64,000 nt of DNA from an uncultured Verrucomicrobiae bacterium (GCA_963702845.1 OY969763.1:544001-608000); one strand, 5' to 3'; shown: positions 1-10,177, counted from the first letter of the stretch. Notes: generated by a model not told the origin, from the sequence alone. Numbers and translations are program-made.

Positions 1-2301
1 GCCGTCCGTGTCTTCCGCGTAAAAAATTTCCGGCGCGGCACTGACAATCACGCCTTTGCGCCATGGATAGATGCCATTCGGAAAATTCACGCCTTCGAGG
101 AACACCGTGGATTTGTCGTAAATTCCATCGCCGTTCGTGTCCTCAAGGAATCGGATGATGCCGCCGGGTTTTCCTTTGCCGTCGATGCCGAGCGGGTAAT
201 CGCCCATTTCAACAACCCACAGTTTTCCATCGGCACCCCACTCGAACGCGACTGGGCTTTTCGTCAGCGGTTCGCTCGCGACCAGTTCCACTTTGAAACC
301 AGGGACGGGGCTCATGCACGCGAGCGAGGCTTTTGGTGATTTTGGCTTTGGTTGGCCAAAGGTTATCAGGTCGTGAAACGAGTAACGACTGACGACCTGG
401 TGAAGACCGGCGGAATCGCGAATCGGTTCCACTGGGACGTCTTCGTTCTGTATCCACATTTGGCCGTATTTGAACCACACGCCATTGTTTTGTCCGTTGC
501 GCATGATCGGCGGGAGTTCATCATTTGCAGCTGCTGCCGGTGGCGGTGCGGGCTTTTTGGAATTACCATTTGCCGGTGCAACTTCGGTAGCTGGGGGGCG
601 GCGGCGCGCCTGGACAATTTCGCGCGTCCAGCCCACATCAAAACCAAGCGGGTCCTTCGCTGGGAAAAATGTGTAGATGGCGAAAGACTTTTCGTTCGAG
701 AAAACGATGTCATCGTAGCCATCACCGTTGATGTCAACGAACCGCAATCCGGCATCCCGCGCCGTCTCATTAGCGATAGTGACACTTTGAGGGAGTGCGA
801 ATTTTCGCGGCGTCCACTGTTTTTGTTCCGGTGACCACGAGAAGATAACGTTTTGCTTTGGGTTGCTAATGATCAAGGAACAACGGCCGCTCCGATCGAT
901 ATCGCGCAGTCGTGCGCCACGGCCCATTCCATCTTTGCCCGTGTAGACAAGCTCATCCTTGATGCGTAGACCTTTCAGCAAGGATTCGTTTTTTACCCAC
1001 GCCTTACCGTCGAAATCCCATCCGCCAGAGTCTCGGTCGTTTCGTACGATTGCGGAAGCGAAGCCGTTCGACTGCAACACTCCGAAGCGCACCGCCATAT
1101 CCCGGTTACTGCCGAGAGGGTCTTTGGCGACGAGTGGGACCGGGAAAGTCGTTTCGGTCCACTTGCGTTCATCGTTATTCCAAATGCGAGTAATCCGCCT
1201 TTGCTCGTCGGCAATCACCACATCCATGTAGCCATCGTTATTGACGTCGAGCACACGCACGCCGCTCTTCTGGCCGTTCGTCGCACGCAAAGGATGATTG
1301 GCCAACAAATTGCGGTTCAATCGTTGCAGCGCTTCGCGAAAGTTGAGGAACTTCACGCGTCGGCCGTATTTCTTGTCCGCGTAATCGATGAACTCAACCA
1401 TCTGGGTGTTATCGATCCAGCCGTGCGGATGGAAAATGAAGTTGAACACGCCTTGTTTGAGGACGGTTGCGTCCAGCAGTGCTTCCCAATCGCGCACGGT
1501 ATCAGGGTTCTTCGCGCCGTGGTAGTTCTGCGCTTCCCAGTCGCTCGGGACCGCGCCGGGAAATTCCCAGCACGACGTGCCGATCACGTATGGGTAAGGA
1601 TAGTCCTCGACTGTGATGCCAAAATTGTCGAACGGAACGTATTTGCGGAATCGTTCGTTACCTTGCTCGTCAATCGTCAGTGAGCGCGGCAGGCTGGTGT
1701 CGTTCGTGGTCGTGATGTTCATGACCGACGAGTCGATGGCGAGGAAATTTCCGCCGGGCGTGTTGCGATTGAAAATTTCCGCATAAAACCGCGGACTCGA
1801 GCTATTCATCGAATCGCAACACGGCATCCGAAACGCCACCGGTTTAACTCCCGGAATTTTGTTGAGCAGATCGGTGCAGCCATGAACGGTTTTTTCGGCG
1901 GCGGTGAAATTGCTGTGGCTTAGAAGCGGGCAGGGGTGGGCGAGCGTATGAACTTCGATGGAGAGCCCTTCTTTGAGCCACGCCTGTAGCTGCGGATCTT
2001 TCGCGCTGGCGTTGCAAGTCATGATGCTGACCGGTGCGCGCCCATCGATTTGTTTCAAGCGGTTAAGGATGGGACGCAGAAACGTTTCATAACCGGCTGT
2101 TTCCTTCATGTCGTCGATGGCGAGGACAACGACCGCGTCAATGTTGGAATCACCAACCCATTGCGGGGTGGTTAGTTTTGGGAAATTGACGTGCGGATAG
2201 AACGGGTCGGTCGTGTCCATGTAGGCAAGCCGATTGGCATCCGTTGCGAATAAACGCACACAGCTTGCGACCAGCAGGAGCGCGGCAAAAACCCGGTTCA
2301 T
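1..2301 (-). CDS. Large secreted fusion protein, 5' part only (runs off window): polysaccharide-deacetylase-like domain + FG-GAP/VCBS repeats + PVC-type heme-binding/membrane-bound dehydrogenase domain
   Basis: Manual translation from ATG 2301: signal peptide MNRVFAALLLVAS, then PKLTTPQWVG..VVLAIDDM..EVHT..HPCP. In-frame DVNNDGYMDVV (1248) and DINGDGYDDIV (735), then PGFKVELVASEP..PVAFEWGADGKLWVVEMGDYP..LEDTNGDG. Absent from the ORF track, consistent with no stop inside the window. Confidence 0.8.
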   Translation of the reverse strand, partial: MNRVFAALLLVASCVRLFATDANRLAYMDTTDPFYPHVNFPKLTTPQWVGDSNIDAVVVLAIDDMKETAGYETFLRPILNRLKQIDGRAPVSIMTCNASAKDPQLQAWLKEGLSIEVHTLAHPCPLLSHSNFTAAEKTVHGCTDLLNKIPGVKPVAFRMPCCDSMNSSSPRFYAEIFNRNTPGGNFLAIDSSVMNITTTNDTSLPRSLTIDEQGNERFRKYVPFDNFGITVEDYPYPYVIGTSCWEFPGAVPSDWEAQNYHGAKNPDTVRDWEALLDATVLKQGVFNFIFHPHGWIDNTQMVEFIDYADKKYGRRVKFLNFREALQRLNRNLLANHPLRATNGQKSGVRVLDVNNDGYMDVVIADEQRRITRIWNNDERKWTETTFPVPLVAKDPLGSNRDMAVRFGVLQSNGFASAIVRNDRDSGGWDFDGKAWVKNESLLKGLRIKDELVYTGKDGMGRGARLRDIDRSGRCSLIISNPKQNVIFSWSPEQKQWTPRKFALPQSVTIANETARDAGLRFVDINGDGYDDIVFSNEKSFAIYTFFPAKDPLGFDVGWTREIVQARRRPPATEVAPANGNSKKPAPPPAAAANDELPPIMRNGQNNGVWFKYGQMWIQNEDVPVEPIRDSAGLHQVVSRYSFHDLITFGQPKPKSPKASLACMSPVPGFKVELVASEPLTKSPVAFEWGADGKLWVVEMGDYPLGIDGKGKPGGIIRFLEDTNGDGIYDKSTVFLEGVNFPNGIYPWRKGVIVSAAPEIFYAEDTDG

Positions 2302-2629
2302 TGAATAGGACGAGTGAAGCGACGCGGGGCAGGGAATGCAAATGTTTTCGCCTTAACAAAAACGGAGCAATTACGCCGTCCATCGCAACAAAATACAGCT
2401 TCAAACGTTGGCCTTGCAACCCGCACTCCGGAAAAGTTCCCGGAATGTTGCTACAACCAGCTACTAGTCACTACAACTTGCAACCCGTAGTAACTTTCAA
2501 CCAGCTACTTTGCAACTGAGGGAGTTTAAAACTTGAGAATTTTTCATCGAATTTTCGCAGGATTTGATGCGGGTCTGGATTTGGAAACCGTTGATGTGCG
2601 CTGATTTGTGTTAATCAGAGGGCGTTCGA

Positions 2630-2954
2630 GGGGGGTGGTTGTTTAAACCGCAACTACCCGAAACTCTCCGCAACACTGAATTTTGACCTCGTAGCAAATC
2701 CCGCTCGGACAACGACTTAGTGCGAATTACGAAATTGGGCGAAATTCGGACAATTTAGGGGAATTCCGCACGATTCCGTACCTTTTCGCATCATTTTTCC
2801 TTTTCTGATGCACTTTTGATTTTCAAAGACCAAACGAAGTTTGGATCCAATTCCAAGCTCTGGGCCAGCCAACGGGGGCTGATTGCTTATCAATGTATAG
2901 TAACGTTACTACTTGTCAACGCTGTCGGTTTTGCTGTTTGGGTTTGTGGCAAAA
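2630..2954. repeat. Copy 1 of a dispersed non-coding repeat (two homology blocks, 2630-2702 and 2829-2954)
   Basis: By-eye alignment to 7177-7380; about 80% identity over the 126-bp block. Confidence 0.85.
2892..2919 (-). promoter_or_regulatory. Sigma70-like promoter TTGACA-N16-TACATT with a perfect 14-bp palindrome TAGTAACGTTACTA (2898-2911) in the spacer
   Basis: Direct reading of the minus strand; the palindrome core resembles LacI-family operators. Confidence 0.55.
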
Positions 2955-3036
2955 CGATAAATGGAAATGTAAAGGACTGACCCTGCGAGCGTAGGGACAA
3001 AGAATTGAGGGTGGGGGGTGCAGTTGCTGCCAGAAA

Positions 3037-6000
3037 TTATGGCAGGCGTATTCGGTAGAAGCGTGTCGAATAGTTTGTCCACTGCGGGTCGGTGTAAAAG
3101 GAGATGTTTCCGGAAAGTGTGTTGGTAGAGACAGGTGTCCAATCGGTCAGGTTGGTGGTGGCTTCGACCACTGCGACAAGATTGCTGCTGCCGATCATGT
3201 TAAATCCAAATTGGTTGGCTTGTAGGCCGAAGGTGCTGTCGGCGAGTTGAATCATTAAACCGTTCCATAACACGACGGGAAGGCCGTCGAGAGTTGAGCC
3301 CCATCCTGTGGTCCCCGAGAAGTAATAGACCGTTGCCGGCTGGGTTTGGGCAAATGCGTTTGGATCCACTCCAGGTGCGTTGCCTTGAAAAATGACGTTG
3401 CGGAGGTTGGGGCACAATTCGAAGACGTCGTTGGAGATGCCGGTGATTTTTGGGCCGAGGATTATGGTATTGAGATCCGAACAGGAAGCAAAGGCATAGC
3501 TGGCCAGGGTAGTGACGTTTGCGCCGAGAATAATGCTGGTCACGTGTGTGCCGGCGAATGAGTAGGTGGCGATGGTGTTGACGGTGTCTGGAACTCTGTA
3601 GCTACCCCTAAGACCTGTTGGGGAACTGGATCAGGGTGGTTTGGTTTTTGTTGAACAGAACGCCGCCCAGACTGCTGAACGTTAAATTTTGGGGCGACAC
3701 CGAGATAGAGGTAAGGGTGTCGCATCCGGCAAGGGCTTGTGAGCCGATTGTATTTACATTGGTCCCGATATTAATGCTCGTGAGGTTTGGAGAATCGTAG
3801 AAAGCATCGAGCAAAATGCTGGTGACTGTGGCGGGAACGGTGTAACTGCCGGCGAGGCCGGGAGGATATTCGACGAGAGTCGTTTGGCTTTTGTTGAAGA
3901 GGACGCCGTTGAGGCTGCTGTAATTGGGGTTGAGTGAGTTGACGGTTATCGCCGTGAGATTGGTGCAGCCGAAAAACACGGGATTGAGGATGCTGGTTAC
4001 GTTTTGGGGGAGGCTGATATTTGTAAGGCTTGTGCATTGGTCAAATGCGCCGGTCTTGATGGTGGTCAGCCCCGTGCCAAGGGCGACACTGGCGAGGTTG
4101 GAGCATGAATTAAAAGCGTAGTTGCCGATCGTTGCGATGCTGTTTGGAAGGGTGATGGAAGTCAGGGCCGTGCAATGATCGAAGCTGCCGCCAGTGCTGG
4201 TAAGCCCCGGGGTAAAGGTGACGTTGATCAGGTTGGAACAATAACCAAATGATTCGTCGCCGAAGGTGGTTATTTTGGGTGGGATAATGACGTTAGTGAG
4301 GCCGCCGCAACGGTAAAATGCATTCATTCCCATGGTAGTCACGTTGGTGCTGAGGACGAGATTGGTCATGGCGAAGCACTGGTCGAAGGCGTAGTTGCCA
4401 ATGCTGGTGATGGAATTGGGCATAACTACACTGGTGAGATTGGTGCAATTTTCAAAAGCGTTATCGCCAATCGACGTTATGCCGTTCGAGAGAGTGACGC
4501 TGACCAGAGCAGGACAATTGTTAAAGGCGGATGCTCCGATTGAAGTGATTTTGCCGGGAATGACAATATTGGTCAGACTTTGGCATTGCGTGAAGCTGCT
4601 AGCGGCGATTGAGGTGACGTTGGTTCCAATGGTGACGTTGGCGAGGCTGATGCAATTTGCAAACGCAGCACCGAGGGTCGTGACTGTATTCGGGATCGTG
4701 ATAGCTGTCAGGTTGCTGCAACTCGAAAAGGCGGACGCGCCAATGTTCAGAATGCCATCCGCCAAGGCAACGGAATTCAAGGAACCGCACCCCTGGAAGG
4801 CAGAGGCTCCAATGACTTTGACGCTTCCAGGGATTGCAACGCCAGTCAACTGATAGCAGTTCATAAACGCCTGGGTTCCAATATTGGTAACACTGCCCGG
4901 AATGCTGACGGACGTTAAGCTCGTGCAATTGCGAAAGGCACTGTTACCGATATTGGTGACGCTATTCGGGAGAACGATGCTGCTGAGGCTCGAACAACCG
5001 GAGAAAGCGGAGGTGTTGATAACGGGAACTTTGTTGCCGATCGTGACACTTGAAAGACTGGTGCAGTTGAGGAATGCGCTGCTGCCGAGATTGGTGACGG
5101 TGTTTGGGATGCTGACGGCCAGACTTGAGCAATTCTGAAATGCGGCAACTCCGATGCTCGCGACCGTTGCCGGGAGCGTCATATTGGTCAAGTCGGTGCA
5201 GCCTTCGAACGCTGTCGCGGCGATATTAGTAAGGCCAATTGGCAAAGAGATGCTTCCGAGGCTTGAGCAATTTTGAAACGTGGAGGTCGCGATGTTTTTG
5301 ACGTTCGCAGGAAGAGTGAGGCTGGCGAGTGTTGCGCAACCTTGAAAGGCGGTGGTGCCGATGGTGGTGACGGTGACGGGAATGCTCACGTTATTAAGGT
5401 CAGTGCAATCTTGAAATGCGGTGTTTCCGATGTTGGTAGCAATTGAAGGAAGAATGACGTTGGTGAGGCTAGTGCAACCATAACAGAGAAAGTTGCCAAC
5501 GTTCTTCATCGAGCCGGGCAATTTATCGAGGCGAGGCTGGAACAATCCTGAAATGTTCTGTCGCCGATTGAAACGACAGTGGTCGGGATGCTGATCGAGA
5601 TCAGGTTTGCGCACCCGTCAAAGGCGGCAGTGGCGATATTGGTGACATGCGCTGGAATAAAAACGGAAACGAGATTGGAACAGTTGCCGAACAGGCTGGA
5701 TCCGATGCTGGCCAGGTTGGTGCTGAGAGACGCGTTTGTCAGACTGAGCAACTTAGGAACACACTGACACCAAGGTTGGTGACAGCATCGGGAAGAATGA
5801 TGCTTGGAAGGTTCGTGCAGTCGGCAAAGGTGTCGTCACCGATTGAGGTAACATTGGGCGGAATAGTGATGTTGGTGAGGTCGAGCAACCAGAGAATGCG
5901 TAGTAACCAATCGATTTGACGCCGAGAGGAATGTTGACGGTGCTGAGACTGACGCACCCTTGAAAGGAGTAGTTCGGAAGAGTGGTGATGGCAGTTCCCA

Positions 6001-6435
6001 GATAAGCGTTTGTTAAAGAATTACATCCGTTAAAAACTCCGACGCCGAAATTGGTGACAGTATCGGGCACGGAAACAGCACTCAAGTAGAAGCAGCCATA
6101 AAAAGCGCTATCACCTATAGTCTTTAACCCAGATCCCAGATTTATATTGGTCAGGTAAATATTTTGGTCGAACGCTCCCGCGCCGAGGTTTGTGACGCTG
6201 TTCGGGATGGTGACATCGTTGAAGGAGTTGTTGTGCTGAAATGCACTGTCCGCGATGCTGGTGACGGAAGGGCCGTGATGGTGTCCGGGATGTTGACCGT
6301 CCCGCCTGGACCAGAATAGCCCGTAATGGTAATCGTTCCGTTGTTTGTGGTGTAGTTGAATTGCGCCTGACCGGACGATGGCATTATCGCGACAAATACA
6401 AAAGATAACCGCAATAAGGTGAGGATGGTTTTCAT
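3037..6435 (-). CDS. BspA-like leucine-rich repeat (LRR_5) surface protein, split by several frameshifts
   Basis: Signal peptide MKTILTLLRLSF..AQAQF, ITITGYSGPGG cap, dozens of IPxxVTxIGxxAFxxCxxL repeats across ORFs 6151-6519, 5753-6085, 5739-5957, 5506-5751, 3608-5614 and 3037-3543. Confidence 0.85.
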
Positions 6436-6469
6436 CAATTGCGCTGCGCGCCTAGGTTCACAAGTCACC

Positions 6470-6646
6470 TGGGCCTGCCTCGATTTGGTAGACAGGTTGT
6501 GTCTGAGTGCGCATGACACATTGGGATTATTAGTTTAGTTGCGTTTCAAAGTCTACAGGCGATTGGTAACCGAGGGCGCTGTGGAGCCGCCTGCGGTTAT
6601 AAAAAATCTCCAATCCATTCCTGTCCCCCAATTCGAGGCAAGTCCA
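6470..6646 (-). mobile_element. Miniature, internally deleted IS3-family element (MITE-like, 177 bp)
   Basis: 26-bp terminal inverted repeats TG..CA (6470-6495 and 6621-6646, 21/26 match) enclosing the IS3 transposase C-terminal tail EIFYNRRRLHSALGYQSPVDFE (6530-6610). Confidence 0.8.
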
Positions 6647-6827
6647 AGGCAAATTCTTATCAGTGCAGCCGAGCAGAACGACAGTGTAATGGTGAAACCA
6701 TGTCGAGGCGGCGAACCACTGGATGGCGCGGGCAGCTTCCTTCTTTGCTGAGAGAAATTTCAGGGCACTCCGCATTGCGGGCGTTGTATCTCCGTCGTTA
6801 TGTATACAACGTAAACCGAAGGAAATT

Positions 6828-7112
6828 ATGAAGATTCAAATGATGATTGTTACGGTGGCTCTTGGGCTGATGGTTGGTTGCGCTTCCAACAACGTTAATG
6901 AACCTGCAGGAGCGCAGGCCATGGGGACACGTTTCAGCGAGCTTCCGCTGGCAGTGCAACACACAATCCGGACACAAAATCCCACGGGCCAAATTGCTGA
7001 CATCGACAAGGAGAGGCGTTCAGGCCGCGTCATTTATGAAGTTCAATTCGCTGAACCAGGGCTAAATCCAAGACTGCATATCGCGGAGGATGGCACTTTG
7101 TTGATGAAATAA
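6828..7112 (+). CDS. Small lipoprotein with PepSY-like domain
   Basis: Lipobox LMVGC; ELPLAVQHTI..IDKE..GRVIYEVQF..IAEDGTLL; AAGGA upstream of ATG 6828. Confidence 0.75.
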   Translation: MKIQMMIVTVALGLMVGCASNNVNEPAGAQAMGTRFSELPLAVQHTIRTQNPTGQIADIDKERRSGRVIYEVQFAEPGLNPRLHIAEDGTLLMK

Positions 7113-7146
7113 AGTGCTCAAATTTTAACAGCACATGCGACGACTA

Positions 7147-7175
7147 GATTGGCCGCTTATTAAGAGCGGCCAATC
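7147..7175. terminator. Hairpin GATTGGCCGCT-N7-AGCGGCCAATC
   Basis: Perfect 11-bp stem downstream of the PepSY gene; weak U-tract. Confidence 0.55.
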
Positions 7176-7176
7176 C

Positions 7177-7380
7177 GGGGGTAGTTTTCAAACCGAAAGC
7201 GGAACGTCTGGCCCGCATCCCAAACTCTTCGTAACACCGAACTTCGGCCGCACAACAATACCAAACGAAGTTCGGATCCAATTCAAAGTCCCGGTCCCAA
7301 AGGGGGCTGATTGCTTATTATTGTATTCTAACGTTACTACTTGTCTTCGTCATCGTTTTGGTTTTGGGTTTGTGGAAAAA
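7177..7380. repeat. Copy 2 of the dispersed non-coding repeat (candidate minus-strand sRNA unit)
   Basis: Homologous to 2630-2702 plus 2829-2954; -10 TACAAT at 7320-7325 on the minus strand. Confidence 0.85.
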
Positions 7381-7478
7381 GTTGGGATTGACACCAAGAT
7401 TTTCTATTCTTTTCGGACGGATGATTGATTGAACATGCTGGATTCTAAATTCCAGATTGATACGTTTGTCGCGATAAA

Positions 7479-9480
7479 ATGTTAAGAGATCGCCACTTAG
7501 TCCAAGTTGTAAGGATCGGCTTATTTTGCTTCGCGGCAACATGTGCTAATGCGGTTGGCCCTTCTATTTCAGAACCGCGTGTTTTGGAATCCCTTTCAAA
7601 TCAAGTTGTAAGCGCACAGGATGTATTGCGAGTAGATCCAATGCCCAAATGGGTGTTGCCTTTGCAATTCGAATGGCCGTCCCAAGCGGCATTAAATGCA
7701 CCTGGCGAGGATCATCGCCTCTTGCTTTGGGACGAACAGATCAATGCTGAAACACTGCAACGATTCTTCCACTCCAGCGGCCGGATTTTGTCCAGCGCCG
7801 GGTGCAAAATGGCTCTCATATCTCGGTTGATTTCGATCCCGCATTTCAGAATTTGACCTTTCATTGGGTAAAAGGTCTTGCGCGGCAATAAGTGGATCGA
7901 TCGCCTTGACATCAGCAAAGTTAAAATCATTCAGCGGGAAACCGGCATGGAGGAATATTTATTTAATGGCGAAAAATCAGCCGTGCTGCTGTTGGATGAT
8001 GTCCGCGTTGGCGACGTCGTTGATTACGCGTACACACTCAGCGGGGACAATTCAGTTTTTGCCAGCAAGTTCGCCGATTCTGTAACAGTCCAATTGTCGG
8101 AACCTGTGGAACGAATATCCACCAGACTGTTGTGGCCCACACAGCGTCACCTTTATATTAAGAACCACGGCACGATTGCTCCGCCGGTTGTTGTTCGACG
8201 TGGGAATGCTTTTGAATACAAATGGGACTTCAAAGAAATTTCCCGGACAGCCCTCAGACGGTTCTCTGCCGACCTGGTATGACCCGCGACCATGGGTGCA
8301 ACTTAGCGAATACAAAACATGGGCCGAAGTTAATCAATGGGCATTATGGCTGTTCCGGGATACCAACGGCTTTTCGCCTGAACTTGTGGAAAGGGTGCGT
8401 GAATGGGGAAAGATCGCAAACAAAGAGGAACGCGTTCTGACAATATTGCGCTTTGTCCAAGAAGAGGTGCGATATCTCGGTCTCGAAATGGGAGCCGGTT
8501 CATTTAAGCCTTGCGGCGCATCAGAAGTTTTTGCGCGTCGGTTTGGCGATTGCAAGGACAAGTCCATGCTTTTCGTTTCCATACTAAAGGCATTGCAGAT
8601 TGAGGCATATCCCGTGCTCGTAAACACCAGACAGCGCCACGCGCTGGATCACTGGCAACCGACCGGCCCCGCGTTCGATTACGTTGTTTCACTAGTGAAA
8701 ATTGATGACCGGATATTTTTGGCTCGACCCCACCAGAACCTATCAGCGCGGGCCATTAACTTCTCGTGCGGTCGGCGATTACGAAAGAGGACTGGTTGTA
8801 AAGACGGGAACGGCGAGCTTGTCCGTTATTCCACATCCGTCAGCAGAATCCCAAACTTCAATTGCAGAGTACTTTCAAATAAGGGCGACCGACGAGCCAA
8901 GCGAACTCCGAGTCATAACTGTTGCAAATGGCAAGGATGCCGAGGGTTTTCGACGAGAATTTGCGACCACACCGCGCGCTCAAATCGAAAAGGCATATTT
9001 GAACTACTACGCGGCAACATACCCTGAGATCAGGCAAACTGCTCCAATTTCGTTCACTGATGACGAATCAGAGAACCGAATTGAGATTACAGAAACGTAA
9101 ACTCGCTTAACAGAATTTGGACGCGGCCTTCTGAAGATCACCCGTTCCGTTGCGAGTTTTCTCCTCACACGTTGACGCACTTATTGAAAGCACCCGTTGT
9201 ATCGTTACGGACAATGCCGTTGGGTTTAGAATTTCCACAGCACGTGGTTTTCAAAATTGAGGCAAGCCTGCCTCGAACATGGTTCATACAAAATGAACAA
9301 AAGAAAATCGAAGGCGACGCTTTTTACTTCCGCAGTAACGTTGCGGGCGGCCTAAACAAGCTGACTCTCGAATACGAATACAAGACTTTGTCGGATTCAG
9401 TGCCGGTTGAAAGTATGCCGGATTATTTGCGCCATTTGGATGATGCGTGGCAGAATCTTGGTTATTCCATTCGCCTGTGA
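7479..9480 (+). CDS. DUF3857 + transglutaminase-like domain protein, frameshifted
   Basis: DVRVGDVVDYAYT, FVQEEVRYLG, RRFGDCKDKS and WLDPT motifs spread over consecutive ORF fragments. Confidence 0.8.
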
Positions 9481-9485
9481 ATTGG

Positions 9486-9518
9486 AACCCGCAAACGAGG
9501 GCACCTGCGGGTTTGTTT
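9486..9518 (+). terminator. Probable intrinsic terminator
   Basis: AACCCGCA..TGCGGGTT stem followed by TGTTT right after stop 9480. Confidence 0.5.
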
Positions 9519-9571
9519 GAGACACTAAACCGCTTGCTCACGCGCGCGGCTCTGATGTTAAGTTACAGCGC

Positions 9572-9987
9572 ATGAACTACTGGATCGTCAAACAGGAACC
9601 GGAAGATTATTCATTTGCGGATTTTGTGAGGATGGGAAAACGGCGTGGACCGGCGTGCGCAATTATCAGGCTCGAAATAATCTTCGCGCCATGAAAACCG
9701 GCGATAAGGTGTTTTCTATCATTCGGGCGAAGAGAAGGCGATTGTCGGTACGGCTCGAGTGGACAAAGCCGGCTACCTGACCCGACGGCGAAGGAAGGCG
9801 ATTGGGTGGCAGTTGACCTTAGAGCAGAAAAACCTTGGCAAAACCAGTCTCTCTGCCGCTATCAAGGGCGACAATCTCCTGAAAGATATCACTCTCGCGC
9901 GCAATTCGCGATTGTCAGTTTCTCCGCTTCAAGGAGCAGGAATTCTGAGCAGTATTTTGGAATTGGCCGAGCTGATTAAGTGGTTAA
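9572..9987 (+). CDS. EVE domain protein, frameshifted; end approximate
   Basis: MNYWIVKQEPEDYS..WTGVRNYQARNNLRAMKTGD..YHSG..SRLSVSP. Confidence 0.8.
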
Positions 9988-10177
9988 ATGACGAAAATCG
10001 TAAAAAGGCCAAAACGCTGAATTTGCACAAGGTGTTGAATGTTTCGTTTGCCACGCATCCCTTATATTGTATTGTGCGAACGGAAAATTGGGCATGGCAA
10101 ATGGGAAGCGTGACTGCTCGTTTTACAAAAGTGGCGAGTTTGTCACAAAAGAACGTTACGTTGTGAAATAGAAAACC

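Noticed and set aside
2410..2520. CRISPR array
   Set aside because: Repeats are only 7-12 bp and irregularly spaced, and no cas genes are present
3037..6435. Phase variation or DGR-like diversification of the LRR gene
   Set aside because: No long simple-sequence tract at the breaks, no reverse transcriptase and no template/variable repeat pair seen; breaks match the regional error pattern
7177..7320. Known riboswitch (c-di-GMP-I), 6S RNA or conserved small peptide in the duplicated element
   Set aside because: I could not match the consensus motifs by eye, and the short ORFs are not conserved between copies; an Rfam scan is still needed
10105..10170. Rex/CRP-like operator upstream of aceE
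   Set aside because: TCACAA and TTGTGA half-sites are present but in the wrong orientation and spacing for TGTGA-N6-TCACA
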